The translations under genes and the position numbers were made by a program. A stretch of DNA of 64,000 bases from Gammaproteobacteria bacterium (GTDB lineage: Bacteria > Pseudomonadota > Gammaproteobacteria > Ga0077536). Below, one piece after another: positions 21,754-33,082 of this stretch. Within the stretch, counting starts at the first letter, position 1, and each line of letters opens with the position of its first letter. The notes under the pieces were generated by a model, which saw only the letters and a list, made by a program, of their open reading frames with translations, was not told where the DNA came from and ran no database searches. Where the stretch lies: NCBI GenBank assembly GCA_963662545.2, contig CAXXLL010000002.1, forward strand, positions 1,184,001-1,248,000, in the 5' to 3' direction.

Positions 21754-22164
21754 AGCTGATATTTCTCTCGGGTATGGTGAAGCCGATGTAGGCGATATTT
21801 TAGAGGTGAATCGCAATGCAGGCCAAATTTGTGGCCGTCCCAATGATTCACTACATTGAATCGCCGAAGCGTTCCCAGTCGCTTCCATCTCGACGCTACT
21901 TAAGCGTTCATGCAGCGGCCCAGACTGGGCGACGGCGGACCGTTGATCGCGGCTGTGCCCATACCCGGCGCCCGGCCGTTATTTGGCAGCGTTTTGGCTA
22001 TATCGGGGTCGTACATCGGCAAAGGAAGGTTGACGCAAATAGTCGATAAGCTGCCGCCGGCACCCGAACGGTGCGCAGCCGACTCCCGGATTCCGCTCCG
22101 CTTCATCCGGGCTACGCGAGATGGACCGTATCCTTGCGGATCGAATTGCTATGATTGATACGCG

Positions 22165-23457
22165 ATGGCCAAACAGATCCATCTTTCTGCGTTCAATCAT
22201 TTTTCTCCGGCACCGCACATGCCGTTGTCGTGGATCTATCCGCGCGAGAAGATCACGCATTACTGGTATGAACCGGAATACTGGGAATCGGTCGCCCGTA
22301 CGCTAGAACGCGGCCGCTTCGACATGCTTTTTTTCGCCGATAGCCTGCACGGTGGCGCCTCCGACGATCAGATCCGGTACGCCATTCAATTTCCAACCCA
22401 TGATCCCGTGTCGCTGATAACCTACTTGTCCGGTATCGCCAAAACGCTCGGCTTTGCGGTGACGATGTCGACGACGTTCTACCCGCCGTTTTTCCTGGCG
22501 CGAACGTTAGCAACGCTCGATCACCTCACCAAGGGACGCATCGGTTGGAATATCGTGTCCTCGCATTCGTCAGGCGAAGCGCGAAATTTCGGCATGGACG
22601 AACTGCCGGCCCATGACGAGCGTTATGACCGCGCGGACGAGTACATGGAAGCCTGTTATGCGCTCTGGAACAGTTGGGAAGACGACGCGGTAGTCATGGA
22701 CATGGAAGGCAAGGTGTTCGCCGATCCGGCGAAGGTGCACCGCGTTGATTTCGTGGGGAAGTGGTACAAGACACAGGGGCCCTTTACGGTCATCCCGTCA
22801 CCGCGGCGCCGTCCGTTTCTGTTTCAAGCCGGCCAATCCGAGCGCGGCAAAGCGTTCGCCGCCCGCCATGCCGAGGGAATTTTCGGCGCTGCCCGGGGCA
22901 CGAAACAGATGCGTGCCTACTGCGAGGATCTAGCGGCACGCCGGGAGGCGCTCGGCCGCGATCCAGCCGAGATCCCTATTTTCTGGGCCGGACAACCGAT
23001 CGTCGCCGCAACCGAGGCCGAAGCGCGCGATCGCTACGCCGAGATCCGCGCGCGTATCCCGCTCGAAGCCTCGCTGGCGCAGATGTCCATGCACTGGGGC
23101 ATCGAATGCGCGGACTACGATATCGATCTGCCCGTCACCGATCTGGAAGTCCCCGGCACTCGGGGCCTGTTCGAAATTTATCAAAAGTCCGATCCCAAGA
23201 TCACGTTGCGCGATATTGCCAAGAGTTATCTCTCCGGCAGCGACAAGAATCCGCTCATTGGCACCCCGGACCAGGTCGCCGATGCGATGCAATATCTCTT
23301 GGAGGAGGGCGGCGGCAATGGATTTCAAATCTCGCCGCCGTACTATGCGCCGGACTATTATGCGGATCTGGTGGATCAACTCATCCCGGTCCTGCAAAAA
23401 CGCGGTATCTACCGTGATGATTACAATGGCAGTACTTTGCGAGAACACCTCGCATAA
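22165..23457 (+). CDS. NtaA/DmoA/DszA-family FMN-dependent monooxygenase
   Basis: LERGRFDMLFFAD, LDHLTKGRIGWNIV and FQAGQS motifs. Confidence 0.9.
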   Translation: MAKQIHLSAFNHFSPAPHMPLSWIYPREKITHYWYEPEYWESVARTLERGRFDMLFFADSLHGGASDDQIRYAIQFPTHDPVSLITYLSGIAKTLGFAVTMSTTFYPPFFLARTLATLDHLTKGRIGWNIVSSHSSGEARNFGMDELPAHDERYDRADEYMEACYALWNSWEDDAVVMDMEGKVFADPAKVHRVDFVGKWYKTQGPFTVIPSPRRRPFLFQAGQSERGKAFAARHAEGIFGAARGTKQMRAYCEDLAARREALGRDPAEIPIFWAGQPIVAATEAEARDRYAEIRARIPLEASLAQMSMHWGIECADYDIDLPVTDLEVPGTRGLFEIYQKSDPKITLRDIAKSYLSGSDKNPLIGTPDQVADAMQYLLEEGGGNGFQISPPYYAPDYYADLVDQLIPVLQKRGIYRDDYNGSTLREHLA

Positions 23458-23476
23458 ATAACAAGAGCACGTCCCA

Positions 23477-25564
23477 ATGGCGAGAATAGGTGTAGATGTC
23501 GGCGGCACGTTTACCGATTTGATCCTCGAGTCCGGTGCGAAAAATGATCGCGCCGTATTCGTTCACAAGGTTCCGAGCACCACAAGCGATCAATCGATCG
23601 GCGTCGTGCAGGGCATCCTGGAGCTGTGCGAAATCGGTGGGATTAAGCCTGGCGACATCGACCTCATCGTGCACGGCACGACCATCGCGACCAACATCGT
23701 GATCGAACATGCGGGCGCTGAAGTCGGCATGCTGACGACGCGCGGCTACCGTGACATCCTGCATCTCGCCCGCCACAAACGGCCGCATAATTTTTCGCTT
23801 CAATTCGAATTGCCGTGGCAGAAACATCCGCTGGTCAAGCGCCGTAACCGGATCCCCATTACCGAACGCGTGATGCCGCCGGATGGCCGCATCGAAGTGC
23901 CGCTCGCCGAGGACGAGGTCCGTAGCGCCGCAGAGCTGTTGAAAACGCGTAACGTCGATGCCGTAATCGTCGGTTTCTTATTCTCGTTTCTCAACGACGC
24001 GCACGAACAGCGCGCCAAGGCCATTGTGCAGGAAATTCTGCCGGATACTTATGTCAATTGCTCGTCGGAGGTAGTGAACGTACTGCGCGAATACGAACGC
24101 TTTTCAACCGCGGCCATGAACGGCTACATCGGACCGAGCACCGCGCGCTATCTACGCAACCTCGAGCGAACCCTCAGCAGTCGCGATATCACCGCGCCTC
24201 TGCGTCTCATGCAATCGAACGGCGGTATTGCGACGGTCGCCACCGGTTCGGATAAACCTGTGACGATTTTGATGTCGGGTCCCGCCGGTGGTGTGATCGG
24301 CGGTAAATGGGCTGGCGAGCGCGCCCAAGAGACGAACCTCATCACCGTCGACATCGGCGGCACCTCGGCCGATATCAGTGTCATTCCCGAGGGCCGGTTA
24401 CGCGTCAAAAATCCGCGCGATACCGAGGTCAACGGCTATCCGGTATTGGTCCCCATGATCGACATTACGACCATTGGCGCCGGTGGCGGATCGATCGCCT
24501 ACATCGACGAAGGGGGCGCGTTTCGCGTCGGCCCGCGCTCGGCCGGCGCGGATCCCGGGCCCGCCTGCTATGCGCGCGGCGGCTCCTTGCCGACGGTCAC
24601 CGATGCCCAGGTCGCGCTCGGGCGCTTGGATCCCGAACATTTTCTCGGCGGCGATCTGCACATCGACGCGGCGCTTGCGACGGCGGCGATCAAGGATCAT
24701 CTATGCGCCAAACTCGATATGTCGGTGCTTGACGCGGCGCTCGGGGTCATTCGCGTGATCAACTCGAACATGGCGCTGGCGATCCGCGCGAATTCCGTCG
24801 CCCGCGGCATCGATCCCCGCGAGTTCGCCTTGATGCCGTTTGGCGGCGCCGGCCCCTTGCATGCGGTCGCCTTGGCGAGCGCGGTCGCGGCGCGCGAGAT
24901 CATCGTGCCGCCCGCCCCCGGCATCACGGCGGCCATGGGACTATTAGCCGCGGACATGCAGTATGAATTCACGCGCTCGACGCTCGCTGTGCTGACTGAC
25001 GGGGATGCAGACGATCTAGCGCGATTGAACCAAAATTTTGACGACCTCTTAGCGCAGGCGCGCGCGGCACTCGCCGCTGATGGCGTGCCCGATGAGCAAC
25101 AGCGTTTTCAACGCCTCGTCGAGTGCCGTTACCAAGGCCAGGGGTTTGAACTGCGCGCCGAAGTGCCCGACGCGGTCATTTCGGTGGATAACTTACAAGT
25201 GATCGTCGATAATTTTCACGCCGCGCACCGAGCGGATTACGGACATAGTTTCGAGTCCACCCCGATTGAAGTGATCACTTTACGGGTCGTCGGTTACGCG
25301 CCCAGCGATCGATTGTCGTGGCCCGATAGGACAAATAGCGGCGGCGATGTGGCTGACGCATTGCTGTATACGCGCCCGACGACCTTCGACAATGGCCAGA
25401 CGCTCGATACCCCGCGCTACGAACGCGCACGACTGAGCGCCGGGCAGACCATCGTGGGCCCCGCCATTATCGTGCAGCACAATTCAACCTCGCTGATCCC
25501 GCCGGGTTACGACGCGTCTGTGAAGGCAAGCGACAACATCCACATTCTCGAGAAGAGGGTTTAG
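23477..25564 (+). CDS. Hydantoinase A / oxoprolinase family subunit
   Basis: DVGGTFTD, HGTT, MSGPAGG, DIGGTS and GAGGGS motifs. Confidence 0.95.
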   Translation: MARIGVDVGGTFTDLILESGAKNDRAVFVHKVPSTTSDQSIGVVQGILELCEIGGIKPGDIDLIVHGTTIATNIVIEHAGAEVGMLTTRGYRDILHLARHKRPHNFSLQFELPWQKHPLVKRRNRIPITERVMPPDGRIEVPLAEDEVRSAAELLKTRNVDAVIVGFLFSFLNDAHEQRAKAIVQEILPDTYVNCSSEVVNVLREYERFSTAAMNGYIGPSTARYLRNLERTLSSRDITAPLRLMQSNGGIATVATGSDKPVTILMSGPAGGVIGGKWAGERAQETNLITVDIGGTSADISVIPEGRLRVKNPRDTEVNGYPVLVPMIDITTIGAGGGSIAYIDEGGAFRVGPRSAGADPGPACYARGGSLPTVTDAQVALGRLDPEHFLGGDLHIDAALATAAIKDHLCAKLDMSVLDAALGVIRVINSNMALAIRANSVARGIDPREFALMPFGGAGPLHAVALASAVAAREIIVPPAPGITAAMGLLAADMQYEFTRSTLAVLTDGDADDLARLNQNFDDLLAQARAALAADGVPDEQQRFQRLVECRYQGQGFELRAEVPDAVISVDNLQVIVDNFHAAHRADYGHSFESTPIEVITLRVVGYAPSDRLSWPDRTNSGGDVADALLYTRPTTFDNGQTLDTPRYERARLSAGQTIVGPAIIVQHNSTSLIPPGYDASVKASDNIHILEKRV

Positions 25565-25567
25565 GCA

Positions 25568-27334
25568 ATGACAGTTAGTGACATCGATCCCATCACCCTG
25601 CAAGTCATTGGTGGTGCTTTGGATACCATTGCCAAGGAAATGGGGCACGTGCTCTACCGCATGTCCTATTCGTCGATCATTCGTGAATCGCAGGATCTCG
25701 GCGCCGGCCTGTTCGACGCCGATTTCAATACGCTGTGTGAATCGGATTCGACGCCGATGCACATCGGTTCATTGCCCGGTTACCTGCGCGGCATCAAAGA
25801 CACTTTGCACGGCGACTGGCGCCCCGGCGATATCGTGATCCATAACCATCCCTATCACGGCGCCAGCCACTCGCCGGACATCGCCATCGTCGCACCGGTA
25901 TTCTTTGATGGTGAACTCGTCGCATTCTCAGCCAACACGGCGCATCACGTTGACATCGGCGCCGCAACGCCGGGCCTCATCATCGACGTGCCGGACGTCT
26001 ATGGCGAAGGCATGTTGTTCAAGGGTTTGAAACTCTATGATGAAGGCAAACTTAACCGTGCACTGTGGCAGTTCATTGAGACCAATACACGCGCACCCGG
26101 ACAGGTGATGGGTGATCTGGAAGCCCAAATCGCTTCAGCTGAGCTCGGCGTGCGTCGCTTTAATGAAATGCTCGAAACCTACGGTAAGGACACCGTGACA
26201 ACGGCGTGTAATCAACTGATGGACTACTCGGAGACCATGCTACGCCGCCAGATCGCGGCCATTCCGGACGGCGAATATACCGCCGAAGGCTTTCTCGATG
26301 ACGATGGGCGTAATCGCGGCGTGACTTTACCGTTGAAGGTCACCGTGCGCGTCAAAGGGGATGGGGTGGAAGTCGATCTGACCGGATCGGCGGATCAAAC
26401 GCCGACCGCTTTCAACGTGCCGTTTGAAGGCTCGACCAAGGTCGCCTGTTATTACGCGTTTCGCGCCCTCCTGCTCGATACCTACACAACGCCGGAATAC
26501 ATTCCCCAAAATGAAGGGTCGTTTCGCCCGATAAAGGTCACGGCGCCCAAGGGCAGCATCTTTAATCCGATCTTTCCGGTCGCCGCTGAAGCACGGTTTG
26601 CGCCCATCCAGCGGGTCGTCGATTGCATCATCAAGGCCTTAGCGCCCGTCGTGCCGAACAACGTGACCGCCGGCAATTCGGCTTCACTATCGTTCGGCGC
26701 GTATTCCGGATTGCGGGAGAACGGCGACATCTGGGTCTTTCTCGAGGTCAACGAGGGGTCTTATGGCGGCCGCCCGGCATCCGACGGTCCGGATTCCATC
26801 GACAACCTGCTCGCGAATACCCGCAACAATCCGATCGAAGATCTCGGCATGCATTTGCCGCTGATCTGCGACCGCTACGAATTGCGCGACGACGTGCTAC
26901 CCGCGCCCGGTAAGTTCCGCGGTGGTATCGGGGTCGTGAAAACACAGCGGTTTATCCACGGCGGCGTCATGACCCACGAGGCCGACCGTCACGAGGATCG
27001 GCCTTGGGGGATTCATGCGGGACATGCCGGTCACGGCGGCCGCGTGTTTCGTTATAACGTTGACAGTCCAGACGAACGTGAGGCCTTACCCGCAAAATTC
27101 TCCGGACTCATTACGGTAAGCGGCGACTGCATCGAGATCCATACGCCCTGCGGCGGTGGTTTCGGCGATCCGCTCGACCGCGACCCGGAAAGCGTGCGCG
27201 CGGATGTACTCGATGATTTCTCCACTGTCGAGCAGGCGTTCGACGCCTACGGCGTGGTGCTGGATGATGCCCTCAACGTCGATGAGGCCGAAACCGAAGC
27301 GCGTCGCGCTGAGCTTAAACGGCGCGTGGCTTAG
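25568..27334 (+). CDS. Hydantoinase B / oxoprolinase family subunit
   Basis: HNHPYHGASHSPD, HHVDIG and TPCGGGFGDP motifs. Confidence 0.95.
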   Translation: MTVSDIDPITLQVIGGALDTIAKEMGHVLYRMSYSSIIRESQDLGAGLFDADFNTLCESDSTPMHIGSLPGYLRGIKDTLHGDWRPGDIVIHNHPYHGASHSPDIAIVAPVFFDGELVAFSANTAHHVDIGAATPGLIIDVPDVYGEGMLFKGLKLYDEGKLNRALWQFIETNTRAPGQVMGDLEAQIASAELGVRRFNEMLETYGKDTVTTACNQLMDYSETMLRRQIAAIPDGEYTAEGFLDDDGRNRGVTLPLKVTVRVKGDGVEVDLTGSADQTPTAFNVPFEGSTKVACYYAFRALLLDTYTTPEYIPQNEGSFRPIKVTAPKGSIFNPIFPVAAEARFAPIQRVVDCIIKALAPVVPNNVTAGNSASLSFGAYSGLRENGDIWVFLEVNEGSYGGRPASDGPDSIDNLLANTRNNPIEDLGMHLPLICDRYELRDDVLPAPGKFRGGIGVVKTQRFIHGGVMTHEADRHEDRPWGIHAGHAGHGGRVFRYNVDSPDEREALPAKFSGLITVSGDCIEIHTPCGGGFGDPLDRDPESVRADVLDDFSTVEQAFDAYGVVLDDALNVDEAETEARRAELKRRVA

Positions 27335-28187
27335 AAGAAATGCGGGATGGAGGGTAAAAAGTTCCGGGTTTATTTTCCCTGCCCCGCCGAGCGATGAAGC
27401 CCAGACCGGCAATGGCCGACATGAAGAGCGGGAGCGCTGCGGGGATGGGGATAGGAGAAGCGTTGAGAAACTGGTCGGCTGTCAGGATGACATCGGAGAT
27501 ACGGAGTTCGTCAAGAAGACCGACGTACTTAAAGCTCGAATTGGCGCGAGACCCAATGAACAAGGTGGCGTCAAGGAAGGACGGAAATCCGCCGGGTGAG
27601 CCTACGCTAAGGTATGTACCTACATCAGCCCCATCGACGAAGAGTGTAATTCGGTCTGTAAAGCTCTCGGACCCATCGATCGTCACAGCGATATGGTGCC
27701 ATTCGTCATCGAGGACATCGGTGGTTGATTTTTCGAGATAAGCTTGTAAAGCCGCTCCCGTACGTTGATATCCCTCTATGACATTCGGCGCACCGAAGGT
27801 ATCGTTGATGGCGGAGCCGAAGCTTCCGGCTACATTGGTAAGTCCGTGTTCCACAACAATAGCAAGAGAGGACTGCGTCGACTTTATGAACCACTCGACC
27901 GTTAGGTCTGTCAATCCACTCAGATCCAACGTGGCAGTCGTGCTGAACAGGTGGGCCCCGTTGAAGCTGGCGCTGCCAACGCCCGGCGCATTGGTGGCGA
28001 CATCACCCGACGATGCGACTCCCGAGTTGGTTAGCGAATTGGAACCGGCAGAGTCGACTGTGACCGCCCCTGGTTCGAACTGCCAGTACGCGACCACGGC
28101 TGCGCTGGCCACTCTCGGTGCAAGGGTAACCATCGCGAGGAGGATTATGCGGCCCGTTAGCCGAATTAGGTGACGATGATTGGTCAT
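27315..28187 (-). CDS. LamG/concanavalin-like jelly-roll protein with VPLPA-type sorting signal
   Basis: Signal peptide, WHHIAVT, GLLDELRIS, C-terminal PIPIPAALPLF...ARR. Confidence 0.8.
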   Translation of the reverse strand: MTNHRHLIRLTGRIILLAMVTLAPRVASAAVVAYWQFEPGAVTVDSAGSNSLTNSGVASSGDVATNAPGVGSASFNGAHLFSTTATLDLSGLTDLTVEWFIKSTQSSLAIVVEHGLTNVAGSFGSAINDTFGAPNVIEGYQRTGAALQAYLEKSTTDVLDDEWHHIAVTIDGSESFTDRITLFVDGADVGTYLSVGSPGGFPSFLDATLFIGSRANSSFKYVGLLDELRISDVILTADQFLNASPIPIPAALPLFMSAIAGLGFIARRGRENKPGTFYPPSRISSKPRAV

Positions 28188-28300
28188 AGCTCCACCTACC
28201 CAGTGTACGTATTTTGCTTCCTTGTCGGCCAGAATTCTAATCAGGCTGAAGTGTACATCAAGCGCTGTTCGTCGAGGCCTGGCCTAAACGAAACGGGGTG

Positions 28301-28355
28301 AGGAACCGGGGTCAGATCTTGCCTTTTGCTGACGCAAGATCTGACCCCGATTCCT
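28301..28355. repeat. Long intergenic palindrome (REP-like)
   Basis: GGGGTCAGATCTTGC-11 nt-GCAAGATCTGACCCC perfect 15-bp stem, extended by AGGAA/TTCCT. Confidence 0.8.
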
Positions 28356-28439
28356 GACCGGCTGCAAGTGGGTCGATTCCTCTGTATTGTCTCGAACCGT
28401 TCAGGCGAACTTCTTACTTTCCAATCCTCTTAAGCCACC

Positions 28440-29636
28440 ATGAACGACGCGCACGAAAAGACCCGGATCAAGCCGCTGCACGGCCTGCGGGTACTCGACA
28501 TCGCGACCTTTATCGCCGCGCCGTTCGCCGCCACGGTCCTCGGCGAGTTTGGTGCCGATGTCATCAAGATCGAACACCCCGACGGGGGTGATCCCATGCG
28601 GCAACTCGGAACCCCGACCGACGAACCCGACCTGAGCCTGGCCTGGTTGAGCGAAGCGCGCAACAAGCGCTCTGTCACCCTCGACCTCAAGTCCCCATCC
28701 GGCGTGCGCGATTTCAAGGAACTGGTGCGCCGCTCAGACGTGGTGTGCGAGAATTTCCGGCCGGGCACCCTGGAGCGCTGGGGATTGGGTTGGGACGTAC
28801 TGTCCGCATTGAATCCTGCGCTGGTGATGCTCCGAATCAGCGGTTACGGCCAAGACGGTCCCTACCGTGACCGTCCGCTCTTCGCCCGCATCGCGCATGC
28901 GGTTGGCGGTCTGACCTATCTCGCGGGGATGCCCGACGGCCCCCCCGTGACGCCCGGGTCGACTTCGCTCGCCGATTATATTTCGGGTCTGTACGGCGCG
29001 GTTGGCATCTTGATGGCCTTGCGCGTCGCGGAACGCACGGGCGCGGGACAGGTCATCGATGTTGCACTCTATGAATCCATCTTCCGCGTCCTCGACGAAC
29101 TCGCGCCGGCGTATGCGAAATTCGGGATCGTGCGTGAACGTGAAGGAACGGGGACGCGCCATGCGTGTCCGCACGGACATTTTCCCTGTGCCGACGGGCG
29201 CTGGGTTGCGATCGCCTGTACCAGCGATCGCATCTGGGCGCGGATGGCGGGCGAGGTGCTGGGTCGTCCGGATCTGATCGATAGCCACCCGGCGACGGCC
29301 GACCGTGTCGCCGATCGCATGCTGATCGACGGGATCGTGGAAGCGTTCACAAATTCCCTGCCGCTGTCCGATGTCGTTGCGCGTTGCGAATCCGGGCAGG
29401 TGCCCTGCGGTGCGATCAACACGATCGCCGACATCTTCAGCGATCCGCAATTCGAGGCTCGCGGTGTGTTGGCGAAAGTCGTGCATGAAGCGCTCGGCGA
29501 AATCGTCATCCCCAATCTGTTGCCGCGGCTATCACTTACGCCGGGTGAAATTACTTCACTCGGCCCCGGACTCGGCGATGCCAACGAGGATGTTCTTAAG
29601 GACTTGATCAACGACGACGCCGAGGTTCGGCGATGA
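28440..29636 (+). CDS. Family III CoA-transferase (CaiB/BaiF)
   Basis: GADVIKIE, RNKRSVTLDLK, ENFRPG and ISGYGQDGPY motifs. Confidence 0.95.
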   Translation: MNDAHEKTRIKPLHGLRVLDIATFIAAPFAATVLGEFGADVIKIEHPDGGDPMRQLGTPTDEPDLSLAWLSEARNKRSVTLDLKSPSGVRDFKELVRRSDVVCENFRPGTLERWGLGWDVLSALNPALVMLRISGYGQDGPYRDRPLFARIAHAVGGLTYLAGMPDGPPVTPGSTSLADYISGLYGAVGILMALRVAERTGAGQVIDVALYESIFRVLDELAPAYAKFGIVREREGTGTRHACPHGHFPCADGRWVAIACTSDRIWARMAGEVLGRPDLIDSHPATADRVADRMLIDGIVEAFTNSLPLSDVVARCESGQVPCGAINTIADIFSDPQFEARGVLAKVVHEALGEIVIPNLLPRLSLTPGEITSLGPGLGDANEDVLKDLINDDAEVRR

Positions 29637-29637
29637 G

Positions 29638-30495
29638 ATGCGCTCCGTGACGATTGAAGCCAGACCGCTCAGCGATTCATTCGCGGCTGAAATCATCGGC
29701 ATCGATTTGAGCGACGATCACGGGCCAGGTGTCATCGACGAAATCAAGGCGCTGTGGTGGCAATACGAAATTCTCCTGTTTCGCGGCCAGTCGATGTCGG
29801 AAACCGACGAGGCCCGTTTCAGCGCCAAGCTCGGGCCGCTCGAGATCCACCTGCGCCACGAATACCTGTCGCGGGAGACGCCCGAAATCCTCTATATCTC
29901 GAACATCGTCGAAGACGGCCGTGAGATCGGCATTCTGTCTAACAATGACGTCGGCTGGCATTACGATCAAATTTACCTGCCGAAGCCTGCGGTCGGTTCG
30001 CTTTTGTACGCGGTAGAGCTGCCGCAGAGCGCCGGCGCCACCTATTTTGCGGACATGATCTGCGCGTTCGAACGCCTGCCGGCGGACGTCAAGGCCAGAC
30101 TCGAGGGCAAACGCGCGATTCAATCCTACGCGGCCTTCAATCGCCTCTACAGCGTGCCGACCGATGAGGAGCAGACGAAGCAAACCCAAGACATCGATCA
30201 ACCCGTGATCCGAACCCATCCATATTCGGGCAGGAAATCGCTTTACATCTGCGCGGGAATGACCACCCGGATCCTCGACCTGCCGCAAAGCGAAAGCGAC
30301 GAACTGCTCGCCTATCTTTTCGAGTGGTGCGTGCGGCCCGAATTCGTTTACCGGCACGAATGGCAGCTGGGCGACGCCATCCTGTGGGATAACGCCTCGA
30401 CCATCCACCGCCGCGATCCGTTCGACACGAACGAACGGCGATTGATGAAGCGCACGACCATACTGCCGCTGCCCGCGGTGGCCGTTCCCGTCTGA
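29638..30495 (+). CDS. TauD/TfdA family Fe(II)/2-oxoglutarate dioxygenase
   Basis: WHYD (HxD), TYFADM and WDN...H.R motifs. Confidence 0.9.
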   Translation: MRSVTIEARPLSDSFAAEIIGIDLSDDHGPGVIDEIKALWWQYEILLFRGQSMSETDEARFSAKLGPLEIHLRHEYLSRETPEILYISNIVEDGREIGILSNNDVGWHYDQIYLPKPAVGSLLYAVELPQSAGATYFADMICAFERLPADVKARLEGKRAIQSYAAFNRLYSVPTDEEQTKQTQDIDQPVIRTHPYSGRKSLYICAGMTTRILDLPQSESDELLAYLFEWCVRPEFVYRHEWQLGDAILWDNASTIHRRDPFDTNERRLMKRTTILPLPAVAVPV

Positions 30496-30511
30496 TCACC
30501 GTGCGGTCGAA

Positions 30512-31387
30512 TCAGGCCTGCGCCGCGACCGCCTGCGCGACCTCGACGACGCGCTGAGCCTTTTCGACGATCGGATAGTCGACGAAATAGCCATCTACCT
30601 GGATCGAGGCGGAGCCTTGGGCTTCCGCCTCGTCGAAACTCGTGATGATCTTTTTCGCCCAGGCGAGTTCATCGTCGCTCGGCGTGTAGACGCCATTGGC
30701 GATCGGGATCTGGTCAGGATGAATGCAGAGCTTGCCCTGGAAACCAAATTCCTGCCCCAGGCGCGCCGACTTTTCGAAGGCTTCGTGTTCACGGATGTGG
30801 ATGAAGACGGTGTCGATGGGCGGCTCGATTTCCGCGAGCCGCGAGGCGAGTACGATCTCGGATCGCGCTGCCGCGATTTCCTTTTCTTCTAAAGTCCAGC
30901 GCAGGCCGAGATCGCGGGTGTAATCGCCAGCGCCGAAGGACATTCGTTTCAAACGTCCGCCACTGGCCGCAATCTCCCTGATCGCGCCCATGCCTTTCGC
31001 GGTTTCAATGATCGGCAGCAGATCGATCGAGTGCGGCTCGAGCCCGAGACGGCGTTCTAGATTGTCCATCATCCAGTCGACCATCTGGAGATCGGCGGCG
31101 CGTTCCACTTTCGGCAGCATCAGGCCGTCCAGCCATGGCCCCACGGTCGCCTCGATATCTCCGAAGCAATACGCCGTGTCGACGCTGTTGACCCGCACGT
31201 ATCCGCGGCAGCGGCGCGGTTTCTTCAAAGCCTCGACGACGACGTTGCGGGTCGCTTCTTTTTCCGCGACGGCAATGGCATCTTCGAGATCCAGAATGAC
31301 GACGTCGCAGCCGGAATCGAATACTTTCTCGACTTTTCGGGGATGATTGCCGGGTGCGAAAAGGCAGCTGCGATTGAGTTCCAACAT
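30512..31387 (-). CDS. CitE/HpcH-family CoA-ester lyase
   Basis: ILDLEDA, YVRVN, IIETA, FGAGD and GKLCIHPDQ motifs. Confidence 0.9.
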   Translation of the reverse strand: MLELNRSCLFAPGNHPRKVEKVFDSGCDVVILDLEDAIAVAEKEATRNVVVEALKKPRRCRGYVRVNSVDTAYCFGDIEATVGPWLDGLMLPKVERAADLQMVDWMMDNLERRLGLEPHSIDLLPIIETAKGMGAIREIAASGGRLKRMSFGAGDYTRDLGLRWTLEEKEIAAARSEIVLASRLAEIEPPIDTVFIHIREHEAFEKSARLGQEFGFQGKLCIHPDQIPIANGVYTPSDDELAWAKKIITSFDEAEAQGSASIQVDGYFVDYPIVEKAQRVVEVAQAVAAQA

Positions 31388-31577
31388 AGAGAGTGCTGAA
31401 TATACAAGCCTTAGTGACTGACCACCGAATTCTAACAGCCTGGTGATAACGCTGGATTCCCGTCAATTTGCGTTCGCCCGGAGGCGGTCGAGCGACCCGT
31501 CCCGCTATAGTGCTAAAGGTGTTCTATCATTCGTGGCACCCCGTTAGCCCCAAACATCAAGCAATCTCGGAACTCAC

Positions 31578-32906
31578 GTGACCGCATCCAGACAACTCCG
31601 ACTCGGCGCCTTCATGCGCCCGGTCAGCATCCACACTGCCGCATGGCGCTACCCGGGCGCCTTGGTGGACGCAAATTTCAATTTCCCACACTACAAGCGA
31701 TTCATCCAGGCACTAGAACGGGGACGCTTCGACGCTTTCTTCATGGCAGATCACCTCGCGGTACTCAACATGCCGATGCCGGCCTTGAAGCGGAGTGCTA
31801 CGGTGACTTCTTTCGATCCCATGACCTTGCTACCCGCACTCGCCACCGTCACCGAACACATCGGGCTCATCGCCACGGCGTCGACCACCTACAATGATCC
31901 CTATCACGTGGCGCGAAAATTTGCGTCGCTCGATCACATCAGCGGGGGCCGCGCCGGCTGGAACGTGGTCACCTCGGCGAATCCGGACGAGGCGCTGAAT
32001 TTCGGGCGCGAGCAACACATGGAGCACGACGCGCGCTACGGTCGCGCGCGCGAGTTCTACGATGTCGTTACGGGCTTGTGGGACAGTTGGGCGGACGATG
32101 CTTTCATCCGCGACGTCGATTCGGGCGTCTACTTCGACCCGGACAAGATGCACGTGCTCGATCACAAGGGGCCGCACTTTTCCGTCAGGGGACCGTTGAA
32201 CGTGGCCCGCCCGGTCCAGGGCTGGCCGGTGATCGTGCAGGCCGGCGCATCGGAAGCGGGTCGGCAGCTGGCGGCGGAGACGGCGGAAGTCGTCTTCTCG
32301 GGTGTCAACAATCTTGAGGACGCCAAGGCCTTTTATGATGACCTTAAGCGCCGGATGGCAGCGTGCGGCCGCGACGGCGAATCGCTCAAGATCTTGCCGG
32401 GCGCCTTCGTCGTGATCGGGGACACCGTGGCCGAAGCATGTCAGAAAAAGGCGCGACTCGATGGCCTGGTGCACCACGATAGCGGTCTCGCTACGCTGTC
32501 CGTACTGCTCGGCACCGATGTCTCCGGCATGGATCTAGACGGCCCGCTGCCCGATATCCCGGAGAGCAACGCCAGCCGCACGGGACGTCAGAAGCTGGTT
32601 GACATGGCCCGGCAGGACGACATGACGGTTCGCCAGCTCGCCCAGTACGTCGGCGGCAGTTTCAGCAGTCTCGAGATCATCGGCACACCGGAAACGATCG
32701 CCGAGAAGATGGAAGAATGGCTCCATGAGCGGGGCTGTGACGGGTTCAACGTCATGTTCCCCTATCTTCCCGGTGGACTCGACGAGTTCGTCGATCAAGT
32801 GGTGCCGGAGCTGCAGCGCAGGGGCCTCTTTCGGCGCGAATACGAAGGCGAAACCTTGCGCGAAAACCTCGGACTGCCGCGGCCCGGGAACCGGTTTTAT
32901 CAATAG
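31578..32906 (+). CDS. NtaA/SnaA/DszA-family monooxygenase
   Basis: FDAFFMADHL, LDHISGGRAGWNVVT and VQAGAS motifs. Confidence 0.9.
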   Translation: MTASRQLRLGAFMRPVSIHTAAWRYPGALVDANFNFPHYKRFIQALERGRFDAFFMADHLAVLNMPMPALKRSATVTSFDPMTLLPALATVTEHIGLIATASTTYNDPYHVARKFASLDHISGGRAGWNVVTSANPDEALNFGREQHMEHDARYGRAREFYDVVTGLWDSWADDAFIRDVDSGVYFDPDKMHVLDHKGPHFSVRGPLNVARPVQGWPVIVQAGASEAGRQLAAETAEVVFSGVNNLEDAKAFYDDLKRRMAACGRDGESLKILPGAFVVIGDTVAEACQKKARLDGLVHHDSGLATLSVLLGTDVSGMDLDGPLPDIPESNASRTGRQKLVDMARQDDMTVRQLAQYVGGSFSSLEIIGTPETIAEKMEEWLHERGCDGFNVMFPYLPGGLDEFVDQVVPELQRRGLFRREYEGETLRENLGLPRPGNRFYQ

Positions 32907-33082
32907 GATGTTGTGTAAAAACTTGGACTCGTTCTTACAGATTGGCATCCTGGAATCGACCTGACTTAACGAGTGCCGTCGCATAAACACAGCACTCTGC
33001 AATCGGGCTTTACGAGATGCGGGTCCGCTATACCGCCGTAAGCAGCCACGCCATGCTGCACTGCACGAGTCCGGAGTCGACC

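Noticed and set aside
29634-29640. Sec read-through at other TGA stops (CoA-transferase, nthA, RidA, enoyl-CoA hydratase)
   Set aside because: The proteins are complete at the stop, there is no Cys-motif context, and there is no in-frame continuation into a recognisable domain
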